A stretch of 64,000 nucleotides of DNA, taken from Pyrinomonadaceae bacterium (lineage in GTDB: Bacteria > Acidobacteriota > Blastocatellia > Pyrinomonadales > Pyrinomonadaceae). The stretch is taken from NCBI GenBank assembly GCA_036559885.1, contig DATBSH010000320.1:1565-65564 (forward strand), read 5' to 3'. Under the pieces are notes generated by a model, which saw only the letters and a program-made list of their open reading frames with translations, was not told the DNA's origin and made no database searches. Position 1 is the stretch's first letter. Every line of letters begins with the position of its first letter. This document shows, in pieces, positions 42,730-51,352 of the stretch. The position numbers were made by a program, and so were the translations under genes.

Positions 42730-42969
42730 ATGTCTTCCGCATCGCCTGATATTGATAGCACATTGGAACCGGCAGAAACGCCGGAAGTAGATTCTAAGTA
42801 CAGGTTAATTATTTTAGCCGCGAAGAGAAGTAAACAATTACAACGTGGTGCCCAACCCCGCATTGAAATCGATCCGCAAAAACACAAGCCAACCAGAATC
42901 GCGCTGGAGGAAGTGATACGCGGGCGTGTTCAGTTCAGTATAAGAGACAGCGAGAATCCCGCAGAATAA
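42730..42969 (+). CDS. rpoZ: DNA-directed RNA polymerase subunit omega
   Basis: YRLIILAAKRSKQLQRGAQP core, 79 aa, in conserved yicC-gmk-rpoZ synteny. Confidence 0.85.
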   Translation: MSSASPDIDSTLEPAETPEVDSKYRLIILAAKRSKQLQRGAQPRIEIDPQKHKPTRIALEEVIRGRVQFSIRDSENPAE

Positions 42970-42982
42970 GGCGTTTTGTAAT

Positions 42983-43118
42983 TGGGATGTGGGGATCTGA
43001 GATCTGGGATCTGCGATCTGAAGCGCCGATTCGTGATCTCAGATCCCAGATCACAGATCCCACATCTCAGATCTCAGATCTCAGATCTCACATCTCAGAT
43101 CCCACATCTTAGATCTCA
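42983..43118. repeat. Inverted arrays of a GATC-containing heptamer (TGAGATC x5, then GATCTCA x12)
   Basis: Left array 42983..43018, 14-nt spacer, right array 43035..43118. It fills the spacer between convergent rpoZ and ETF-QO. Confidence 0.85.
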
Positions 43119-43127
43119 GACACACAT

Positions 43128-44837
43128 TCACATCCCCTTATAATCCGGTCCACCGCCACCCTCCGGCGTCACCCAATTGATGATCTGATAAGGGTCCATG
43201 ATGTCGCAGGTCTTACAGTGAACGCAGTTTGAAAAATTGATCTGCAGTTTCCGCTGACCATCGCTCCCATCTTCGACCATCTCATACACGGCTGCCGGGC
43301 AGAAACGTTGACACGGGTTACCAAATTCTTCCGCACAACGCGTCGAACAGATGTTTAAGTCGAGCACGTGCAGGTGTGCGGGCTGATCTTCGTCATGGCC
43401 CACAGCGGCATGGTAAACATCGGTAACCTTGTTGAAGGTGAGTTTTCCATCAAATCGTAAACCGTCGTAGCGTTGCCCCAGATCATCTCCACGATATCCA
43501 TACTCCGACAGCTTCTTCATCTCACGATGACCCGGATGAGCTTTATCGCGATCGACGATTCCCCATGCACGACCTCCAGTTACAAACTGCAAACCGGTAT
43601 TGAAAAGACCGAGCCATCGACCGTGCTTGAAGCCGGCATGAAAGTTTCGCACCTTTTTTAATTCAGGAATGATCCAGCTGTCGTTGACTAATTGCTCGTA
43701 GCGCTTTAGCTGCTTTGCGGAAAAGTCCTTTGCTATTAGCGCCTCAAAGATTGCTTCGGCCGCGAGCATGCCGCTCTTGATTGCGGAGTGAATGCCTTTC
43801 AAACGCTGTGAATTGAGAAAGCCTGCGCAATCACCGACGAGTAGGACCCCGTCAGCATAAGTTTGTGGTATCGCAAAATATCCACCGGCCGCAATTGTCT
43901 TGGCTCCGTATCGAATCATCTTTCCGCCGTCCAATAGCCGTTGAATGAAGGGGTGCGTTTTGTATCGTTGGAATTCCGCGTGCGGATCAAGCAAAGGGTC
44001 TTTGTAGTCCAGCCCTGTCACGTATCCGATATTGAGGATTCGATTCTGCATCCCATAGATCCATCCACCACCATACGTGTGAGCGTCGGATGGAAATCCG
44101 AGCGTATGAGTGACTCGACCCGCTGGGTATCGATCGTCTGGCAGTTCCCATAGTTCCTTCACTCCGATGCTGTAGACCTGAGGTTCGCGACCTTCGTCGA
44201 GACCGAGCCGTTCAACCAACTGCTTCGTTAGCGACCCCCGTGGTCCTTCGCCCAGCACGGTTACCTTCGCGTGCAGATCAACGCCCGGCTCGTAATTAGG
44301 TTTCGGTTTACCTTCCTTGTTGATCCCTTTATCGCCCGTGCGAACTCCAATGACGCGATCATCATCATCGTAGAGCAAGTCAGCGCCAGGAAACTCTGGA
44401 AATACGTTCACGCCTGCCTCTTCGCATTTTTCTCCCAACCAAGCGGTGAGTCGATTAAGCGAAACGATGTAGTAACCCTGGTTCTTCAAGGGCGGTGGTG
44501 TGATTGGAGAACGAATCGCGCGCCTGGGAGTCAGGTAGAGGAAGTAATCCTCTTTAACTGGCGATTCAAGTGGCGCGCCTTGTTCAACGAAATCAGGAAT
44601 CAACTCGCGTAACGCGCGGGGATCCATGACGGCCCCGGAGAGAATATGAGAACCAATAGTTGCGCCTTTTTCGATGACGGCGATCTCGACATCTCCAAGA
44701 GGTTCGCCTCGCTTCTCGCCTTTGCTGACTGACTCATTGTGCTGTTCTATAAGGCGTGTCAAATGTAGCGCACCGCTCAGATTCGCGGGACCACCGCCTA
44801 CAAATACGACATCAAACTCTAAAGTTTCACGTTCCAT
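43128..44837 (-). CDS. Electron-transfer flavoprotein:ubiquinone oxidoreductase (ETF-QO)
   Basis: N-terminal FAD fold FDVVFVGGGPANLSGA. C-terminal 4Fe-4S cluster Cys pattern CQRFCPAAVYE...CVHCKTCDI. Confidence 0.9.
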   Translation of the reverse strand: MERETLEFDVVFVGGGPANLSGALHLTRLIEQHNESVSKGEKRGEPLGDVEIAVIEKGATIGSHILSGAVMDPRALRELIPDFVEQGAPLESPVKEDYFLYLTPRRAIRSPITPPPLKNQGYYIVSLNRLTAWLGEKCEEAGVNVFPEFPGADLLYDDDDRVIGVRTGDKGINKEGKPKPNYEPGVDLHAKVTVLGEGPRGSLTKQLVERLGLDEGREPQVYSIGVKELWELPDDRYPAGRVTHTLGFPSDAHTYGGGWIYGMQNRILNIGYVTGLDYKDPLLDPHAEFQRYKTHPFIQRLLDGGKMIRYGAKTIAAGGYFAIPQTYADGVLLVGDCAGFLNSQRLKGIHSAIKSGMLAAEAIFEALIAKDFSAKQLKRYEQLVNDSWIIPELKKVRNFHAGFKHGRWLGLFNTGLQFVTGGRAWGIVDRDKAHPGHREMKKLSEYGYRGDDLGQRYDGLRFDGKLTFNKVTDVYHAAVGHDEDQPAHLHVLDLNICSTRCAEEFGNPCQRFCPAAVYEMVEDGSDGQRKLQINFSNCVHCKTCDIMDPYQIINWVTPEGGGGPDYKGM

Positions 44838-45012
44838 TTAAATCAATTGCTGCGACCGCTCTTAAAATAGCGTGCGATCGCAGTAGCTCAAAATGAATGA
44901 CCATTCAGTGTGGAGTATAACAAACGCATTCGCGGACACGTACCAATGGTTATGCTAATTCGACTTTCTCACATCTGAACTGAATTACTGACTCTATTGG
45001 CTCTATTCGCTT

Positions 45013-45833
45013 AACGGCTGTGCCGCCTGATGTGAGGCATGGCTCCGCCTTGCCGTAAGGCGCTTCTTCAATTGCGGGCTACGCCCCAGGTTCGGGCTCT
45101 GCCCGCTCAAAGCTAGAACCCGCGCCGCCAGTGAATCGCATCCTTATCGATCATCAACGGCTCATTCTCTAGCGGACATCCTGCCCAGATTCGCGCACTA
45201 CTCCATCGATAATCTGTCGCTCGTTGCACTAAGCCAGCACGGACTGGATTCTGATGGATGTAGTTCAGCTTCTGCATAAACAGCTTCTCACTGATAATCG
45301 GAAAAACATTTCTTTCCCTTTGCCATAGCGAGTATTTGTAATTCTTGTCTCGCTGTTGATGCTCAAGCTTCTTCAATGAGCTCGCGTAATTGTTTTCCTT
45401 CAAATAGTCAATAACCCTTCGCGCAGTCAGGCCCTTCAGCACCCGCAGAAGATCAGACGTCGTCGACGGTCGATTAGTAAGCAGGTGTAGATGATCAAGC
45501 ATTACTACATACGCAAAGAGAAGAAAACCTGCCGTTTTTCGCGCCTCATCAATTGCGCCGCACAGTAATTCTCGCATCTGATCGGTGCGAAAAACATTGA
45601 GCCTGTGGTTCGTTACAAGCGTGATGTAAAGGACGGGTGAATCGTGAGAAATGAGGAAACGGTGAGTCATGAGGGAACTCTCCTTTTTGTGTGAGTGATT
45701 AAACCTGCTAGCAAAGTTACGCTGATCTCGATGAGGAGTAAAGGGCGAGCCCGAACCTAGGGCGTAGCCCAAAAATTACGAGCGAGCTAACGGCAAGGCA
45801 GAGCCATGCCTCACAACAGGCGGCTTAGCCGTT
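45013..45833 (-). mobile_element. RAYT/IS200-like Y1 transposase unit bounded by two-module imperfect inverted repeats
   Basis: Module 1 at 45013..45056 is the near reverse complement of 45789..45833. Module 2 at 45076..45104 (GGGCTACGCCCCAGGTTCGGGCTCTGCCC) is the near reverse complement of 45743..45770. Confidence 0.6.
45113..45670 (-). CDS. REP-associated tyrosine transposase-like protein (Y1 HUH, IS200/IS605 Transposase_17 family)
   Basis: ORF 45113..45772, using the ATG at 45670 (MTHRF...) with AAAGGAGAG upstream. HUH motif DHLHLL; C-terminal YIHQNPVRAGLV...YRWSS. Confidence 0.8.
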   Translation of the reverse strand: MTHRFLISHDSPVLYITLVTNHRLNVFRTDQMRELLCGAIDEARKTAGFLLFAYVVMLDHLHLLTNRPSTTSDLLRVLKGLTARRVIDYLKENNYASSLKKLEHQQRDKNYKYSLWQRERNVFPIISEKLFMQKLNYIHQNPVRAGLVQRATDYRWSSARIWAGCPLENEPLMIDKDAIHWRRGF

Positions 45834-45951
45834 ACGAAACTTGAGCGAATACTCGAAACGGTAGAGCATGCGAGCTCCTGCAGTACGCTCGCTCCTCAAA
45901 ACCTTCGCTGAACTTTATCGCTGGTGTACACTCTTGTTGATCGATCGGCAC

Positions 45952-46764
45952 ATGAGACTCCGAACCAACAACCTGTTGGGCCTGATCATCGTTTCTATCC
46001 TGGTTGCAGCTGCCTGCTTGACGTTGTGGGTTGGCGGCGCCACGCGTGCGCTAATCCGCAAACCTGCTGCGTCCCGCGCCAACTCTACGCTCGACGCGCT
46101 GCCTCCAACATTCATTTGGGCTTGGGAACGTCCTGAGCGACTGAATTTCATCGATCCTCGACGGGTCGGTGTCGCGTTTTTAGCTAAGACAGTCAGCCTT
46201 CACGGCGATACCATTTCTGTCCGGCCTCGTCTACAACCACTGACACTGCCGCCGGGTGCGAAACTGGTCGCAGTGGTAAGAATCCAACCGAGCGCCGCCA
46301 GTACGCCAGCGCTATCGCCATCTCAACTCGAAAGAACTGCGACCGAAGTAGCTGAACTCGCAGCGCTCCGAGGAGTCGCTGCGGTACAAGTCGACTTCGA
46401 CGCACGAACCTCAGACAGAGGCTTTTATCGCCAGCTCCTCTTCCGGATCCACGAGCAACTGCCAACATCTACACCACTCTCAATGACTGCCCTCGCCTCC
46501 TGGTGTACCGGAGATAAGTGGCTTTCGGATCTACCAGTCGACGAAGTAGTGCCAATGTTTTTTCGCCTTGGCGTTGACGGCAACAACTTCGTATCGCGGT
46601 TACAATTCAACAATCAGCGTTTTGCTTCACCGTGTAATCAATCCGCTGGTGTATCGACTGACGAAGTAATTCCTTCACCTCCGAATAAACGGCTTTACAT
46701 CTTTTCACCAAAGCCCTGGACGGCAAGTTCAGTAGAGGCCGCACTGGAGACTTATCGCAGATGA
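45952..46764 (+). CDS. Hypothetical membrane-anchored protein
   Basis: ORF 45868..46764. The ATG at 45952 gives MRLRTNNLLGLIIVSILVAAACL (signal anchor). No motif recognised with confidence. Confidence 0.6.
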   Translation: MRLRTNNLLGLIIVSILVAAACLTLWVGGATRALIRKPAASRANSTLDALPPTFIWAWERPERLNFIDPRRVGVAFLAKTVSLHGDTISVRPRLQPLTLPPGAKLVAVVRIQPSAASTPALSPSQLERTATEVAELAALRGVAAVQVDFDARTSDRGFYRQLLFRIHEQLPTSTPLSMTALASWCTGDKWLSDLPVDEVVPMFFRLGVDGNNFVSRLQFNNQRFASPCNQSAGVSTDEVIPSPPNKRLYIFSPKPWTASSVEAALETYRR

Positions 46765-49034
46765 ATAGATCCGTTCGATCCCTGTTCGCTGTATTGTTAA
46801 GCCTTCTTATCTTTAGCCCGACAGTATCACTTGCCTGCGGACCATTCTCTTTAGGCGCCGTATTCGTATTCACGGTGCATCCTGCGTTTCCCCTCGAGCG
46901 TTTTGCGCGGGGAGAACTTGGCGTAGTTCAACCGAGCTATGCGCGTTCATATTTGGTCGTTGCTTATCGGCATTTGTCGGGAGTCGGTTTCAATGCCCAA
47001 GAACAGAAGATGTTAACGGAGTTGTGGAAAGACCGGCTCGATTACGGTTGGCAACTCGGAGAAGAAGAGTGGATTAAAGCGTGGGTGACTGCAAGGCAAA
47101 ATGTTCCAGGCTTATCTGACCCCCCGACAATCGAAGTTTACCGGAATCGTGAGAAGCCAAACGAGTATGAAACTTTCTTAAATTGTCAGAAAGATGCGTT
47201 TGATACCGCAATCGCCACTTTGAATTCGCGAATAACGAAATATGGCGCAGACAGTGCCGGTGTGAAAGGTTGGGTCGCAGCTCAGGATCAGGTCTTTTCC
47301 AATTGTAAAGAAGGAAGACAGGTGCCCGCCGCGCCTACAGCAGAGTCAGATTCACTTCAGCGCGCCGATCGAGAGTATCAAATAGCAGCGGCGAACTTTT
47401 ATGCAACGAACTTTGACGAGGCCGTTCGCGGTTTCGACTCCATTGCTGCCGATAACAATTCCCCGTGGCAAGTCACTGCGCCATACCTTGCCTCACGGTC
47501 ACTGATTCGCAAAGCCAGTTTGGCCACACCCGATAGTAAAACTGAACCACTTCGAGAAGCCGAACAACGCTTAATCAAAATTCTTGCAAATAAACGGTTG
47601 GCTACTTCGCACGCGGCCACTTCGCGACTCTTGGATCTCGTTCGACTGCGATTGCATCCTACTGATCGACTTCACGAGCTGGCAAAGAAACTCACAACCC
47701 GGAACAATCCGTCCTTAAAGCAGGATCTCTGGGATTACACGGTTTTGCTTGATGGTTTTCTGGAGACGGCAGAGGGTGAAAGGGCCAAGCCTAGTGCAGA
47801 GATCCGCAATGAAGATCTAACCGATTGGATCTATACGATTCAATCCTCAGCTGAAGACAGCGTCAATCATTCGACCGCGAAATGGCGCTCAACTCATTCC
47901 CCTGCGTGGCTCGTAGCAGCACTTTCGAAGGCTAATGCTGGGAACCCTAACAGTTCAGAGCTTCTGACTGAGGCGCTACGAGTAAGTACTGACTCACGCG
48001 CTTTTCCCTCAGCACGGTTTCACGCTGTCCGACTATTAATGGAATCCGGTAAGCGAACAGAAGCGCGCCGTGTGCTTGATGAGGTATTACAACGACAGCG
48101 TACCGCGTTGGACCAGGCATCGCAAAACTTGCTGCTGAGCCAACGTATGCGACTTGCAACAGACTTAGCGGACTTTCTAGCCTCAGCGCCTCGAATGCCT
48201 GCTGGGCTCAGCTGGGATGAGGACGGCCGTGAGATTCCAGCGGACGATTCCGAAGTTTCTCCAGAAGCCAAAACGTCACGAAACAAACAGTTTTTCGACT
48301 TTGATGCGGCGAATGTCTTGAACAAACATCTTCCACTATCGCTCTTAAAAGAGGTGGCGAAGAGTTCGGCATTGCCAGATCATCTCCGGCGAGATGTAGC
48401 ACAAGCCGCATGGTTAAGAGCCGTAATACTTGATGATCTAAAAACGGCGGACGAGTTGGCTCCCGTATTGAAGACGCTTGTGCCCGCGCTTTCCCCGGCT
48501 CTGGATCAGTTCGTGGCGGCACAGCAGCCGGCGGCTAAAAAGTTTGCCGCGATGTTTATTTGGCTGAAGACTCCAGGCCTGGAACCAGTCGTGGATCAAG
48601 GCATCGGGCGGGAGGGTTCATTAACCGAACAGGATCAGTATCGAGATAACTGGTGGTGTGGCGCAGCGTTCGCCAAGACCGTCGGCACCTCAGACGATGA
48701 AGAGAAGCTACCGTCATTTACCGCGACGTATGTGGACGAACCTCCAGCTTTCTTGAGTGCAGCGCAAAACACCGCAGCCGAGCGAGAGTATTCTCTACTC
48801 GACAATTTTGGCGCCGCGCCCAATTACCTTTCCCGTCAGGTGATCCAATGGGCGAATAGCAATCCGACTGACCCGCGCGTACCTGAAGCGCTTCACCTCG
48901 CTGTGAACTCGACGAGACACGGATGCACTGACAAGGACACCGGACGTTGGTCAAAGGCCGCTTTCGATTTACTGCATCGCCGATACGGCAACACGACTTG
49001 GGCAAAGAAAACAAAGTACTGGTTCAAGGACTAA
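46761..49034 (+). CDS. Large hypothetical lipoprotein/secreted protein (757 aa)
   Basis: Signal peptide plus lipobox-like SLACG. Mostly helical composition. The start overlaps the previous stop (ATGA). Confidence 0.7.
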   Translation: MNRSVRSLFAVLLSLLIFSPTVSLACGPFSLGAVFVFTVHPAFPLERFARGELGVVQPSYARSYLVVAYRHLSGVGFNAQEQKMLTELWKDRLDYGWQLGEEEWIKAWVTARQNVPGLSDPPTIEVYRNREKPNEYETFLNCQKDAFDTAIATLNSRITKYGADSAGVKGWVAAQDQVFSNCKEGRQVPAAPTAESDSLQRADREYQIAAANFYATNFDEAVRGFDSIAADNNSPWQVTAPYLASRSLIRKASLATPDSKTEPLREAEQRLIKILANKRLATSHAATSRLLDLVRLRLHPTDRLHELAKKLTTRNNPSLKQDLWDYTVLLDGFLETAEGERAKPSAEIRNEDLTDWIYTIQSSAEDSVNHSTAKWRSTHSPAWLVAALSKANAGNPNSSELLTEALRVSTDSRAFPSARFHAVRLLMESGKRTEARRVLDEVLQRQRTALDQASQNLLLSQRMRLATDLADFLASAPRMPAGLSWDEDGREIPADDSEVSPEAKTSRNKQFFDFDAANVLNKHLPLSLLKEVAKSSALPDHLRRDVAQAAWLRAVILDDLKTADELAPVLKTLVPALSPALDQFVAAQQPAAKKFAAMFIWLKTPGLEPVVDQGIGREGSLTEQDQYRDNWWCGAAFAKTVGTSDDEEKLPSFTATYVDEPPAFLSAAQNTAAEREYSLLDNFGAAPNYLSRQVIQWANSNPTDPRVPEALHLAVNSTRHGCTDKDTGRWSKAAFDLLHRRYGNTTWAKKTKYWFKD

Positions 49035-49053
49035 GAACAAGGGGCCCTTTCAA

Positions 49054-51111
49054 ATGACAGAACAACACGAATTCACAAACCACTTAATCAACGAGACGAG
49101 TCCGTATCTTCTGCAGCACGCTCACAATCCCGTCGATTGGTATCCGTGGGGTGTAGAAGCATTCACCAGGGCAAAAAAAGAGAATAAACCAGTGTTACTG
49201 AGCATAGGCTATTCTGCCTGTCACTGGTGCCATGTGATGGCCCACGAGTCGTTCGAAGACGAAGAGATCGCCAAGTTGATGAATGATCTTTTTGTGAATA
49301 TCAAAGTAGATCGTGAAGAGCGGCCAGATCTCGATCAGATCTACATGAACGCTGTGCAGATGATGACGCATCATGGCGGTTGGCCGATGACGGTGTTCCT
49401 AACGCCTGATGGCGTGCCGTTTTATGGCGGGACGTATTTTCCACCTCTTGATCGCTACAACATGCCTGGATTTCCCCGGGTCTTGATCAGCGTTGCAGAA
49501 GCATACCGAGAGCGGCCGGACGATATCGCGGCAACGTCCTCTTCCGTCTTGAAAGAACTGGAACGCATCAGCACGACCGGAGGTTCAGTTGGATCAATTG
49601 AGGTTGAGACTCTCGATGCCGCGTATGTTGGACTTGTGCGGACTTATGATTCGAACAACGGAGGTTTCGGTGGGGCGCCGAAATTTCCGCCATCCATGTC
49701 ACTGGAATTCCTGCTTCGGATACACGCACGTTATGGCAAAGAAGAACCGCTTAACATCGTTCGCCATACGCTGACGAAGATGGCCAACGGCGGAATTTAC
49801 GACCACCTCGGCGGCGGTTTTCATCGTTACTCAGTCGACGCAAAGTGGCTCGTTCCACACTTTGAGAAGATGCTCTATGACAATGCCCTGCTGTCGCGTT
49901 TGTATCTTCACTACTATCAAGCGACTGGAGACGAAAACGCGCGGCGCACAGCCGAAGGCACTCTCGATTACGTGCTGCGCGAAATGACAAGTCCCAATGG
50001 CGGTTTTTATTCGACACAAGACGCGGATTCTGAAGGTCACGAAGGAAAATTTTTCGTCTGGAGTATTGAGGAGATCAGAAGTGCCTTGGGCGCGGATGCA
50101 GAATTATTGATTACTTATTACAACGTGACGCGGGACGGAAACTTCGAAGGCAAGAACATCTTAAACGTCACAACCGCGCTGGATGACGTCGCTGCAAAGT
50201 TAGGCATTGATCCCGCGACTGCGCACGAGAAGCTCGAACGTGCTCGACGAAAGCTTTTCGAGTTACGCGAGCAACGCGTCAAGGCAGACCGCGATGAAAA
50301 GATTTTGACAGCTTGGAATGGATTAATGCTCGCCGGCTTTGCGGAAGCTGGAGCGATTCTCAACCGAACCGACTACACGGATGCAGCGCGCCGGAACGCG
50401 ACATTCCTGTTGGAGAACCTCCGGCACAAGGGTTTGTTATTACGGACCTACAAAGACGGACAAGCAAAGCTCAATGGATACCTTGAAGACTACGCGTTTG
50501 TCATTGAAGCCTTCGTCACTCTTTCGGAAACGACAGGTGAGTTGCGCTGGCTGTTGGAGGCGATCTCCCTGACGGACCGAATGATCCAAGAATTCTGGGA
50601 TGAGGAGAACGGCGGTTTCTTCTTTACGGGGAGAAGCCACGAAGACCTTATAGTCCGCTCAAAAGACTATTTTGACAATGCGACTCCTTCTGGAAACTCA
50701 GTTGCGGCTGCAGCACTACTTCGGCTTGCCGTGCTAACCAACAACGATGATTACCGAAACCGCGCAGTCGCGATCCTCCACGAAGTCGCCGACTCAGCAC
50801 GACGCTATCCGAATGGTTTTGGGTATGCACTGGCCGCAGCAGATTTTTACCTTTCGACTCCTAAAGAGATTGCGATTGTTGGTGACGATCGCGGCGCGAT
50901 TGGGGAATTCGTCAGAGAGGTTTGGCGAAATTATTTGCCGAATAAGGTCGTCGCCTCGGCAACGGCCGCTGATAACCCTGACAGTAGTCCCGTCGTGTTG
51001 CTTCACCAAAGGCCGGCAGCCGGCCCGGCTACTGCCTACGTCTGTGAGAATTACACCTGTCAGGCACCTTCCGTCAGTCTTGAACAGTTGAGACATCAAC
51101 TCCGCACGTAA
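49054..51111 (+). CDS. Thioredoxin-domain protein of the YyaL/DUF255 family (thioredoxin fold plus alpha/alpha-barrel)
   Basis: NPVDWYPWG...[19 protein letters not shown]-terminus is typical of DUF255/YyaL; 685 aa. Confidence 0.85.
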   Translation: MTEQHEFTNHLINETSPYLLQHAHNPVDWYPWGVEAFTRAKKENKPVLLSIGYSACHWCHVMAHESFEDEEIAKLMNDLFVNIKVDREERPDLDQIYMNAVQMMTHHGGWPMTVFLTPDGVPFYGGTYFPPLDRYNMPGFPRVLISVAEAYRERPDDIAATSSSVLKELERISTTGGSVGSIEVETLDAAYVGLVRTYDSNNGGFGGAPKFPPSMSLEFLLRIHARYGKEEPLNIVRHTLTKMANGGIYDHLGGGFHRYSVDAKWLVPHFEKMLYDNALLSRLYLHYYQATGDENARRTAEGTLDYVLREMTSPNGGFYSTQDADSEGHEGKFFVWSIEEIRSALGADAELLITYYNVTRDGNFEGKNILNVTTALDDVAAKLGIDPATAHEKLERARRKLFELREQRVKADRDEKILTAWNGLMLAGFAEAGAILNRTDYTDAARRNATFLLENLRHKGLLLRTYKDGQAKLNGYLEDYAFVIEAFVTLSETTGELRWLLEAISLTDRMIQEFWDEENGGFFFTGRSHEDLIVRSKDYFDNATPSGNSVAAAALLRLAVLTNNDDYRNRAVAILHEVADSARRYPNGFGYALAAADFYLSTPKEIAIVGDDRGAIGEFVREVWRNYLPNKVVASATAADNPDSSPVVLLHQRPAAGPATAYVCENYTCQAPSVSLEQLRHQLRT

Positions 51112-51181
51112 ACTTGTGAAAAACAATCCACTTCCCCGATTGCACGCCCTATGTCTCCGCCAAGGTCTCAGAATAGTTCTC

Positions 51182-51237
51182 TTGACTCAATTTACTGTGA
51201 ACGTTATATTTAGCCCTGTGCCAAACAATGTTTGGCA
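51182..51237 (+). promoter_or_regulatory. Candidate sigma70 promoter (TTGACT-N17-TATATT) followed by a perfect palindromic operator-like site
   Basis: -35 at 51182..51187 and -10 at 51205..51210. The palindrome TGCCAAACA-A-TGTTTGGCA at 51219..51237 lies just downstream of the -10 hexamer. Confidence 0.45.
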
Positions 51238-51352
51238 TCTTGCCGCACGGCACACCTCAATTAATTAGCACCCTCGCGCGCCTTCGCAAGGCAAACATCC
51301 GATCCATTTCCCGGCGATATTTTCGCCGACAGATCCAAGGGGTTGACTGGGC

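Noticed and set aside
42983-43118. GATC cluster as a replication-origin or SeqA/Dam-type region
   Set aside because: I saw no DnaA-box-like 9-mers or AT-rich unwinding element. The GATCs are a by-product of a heptamer repeat, and the site lies between convergent genes. I kept it as a repeat finding instead.
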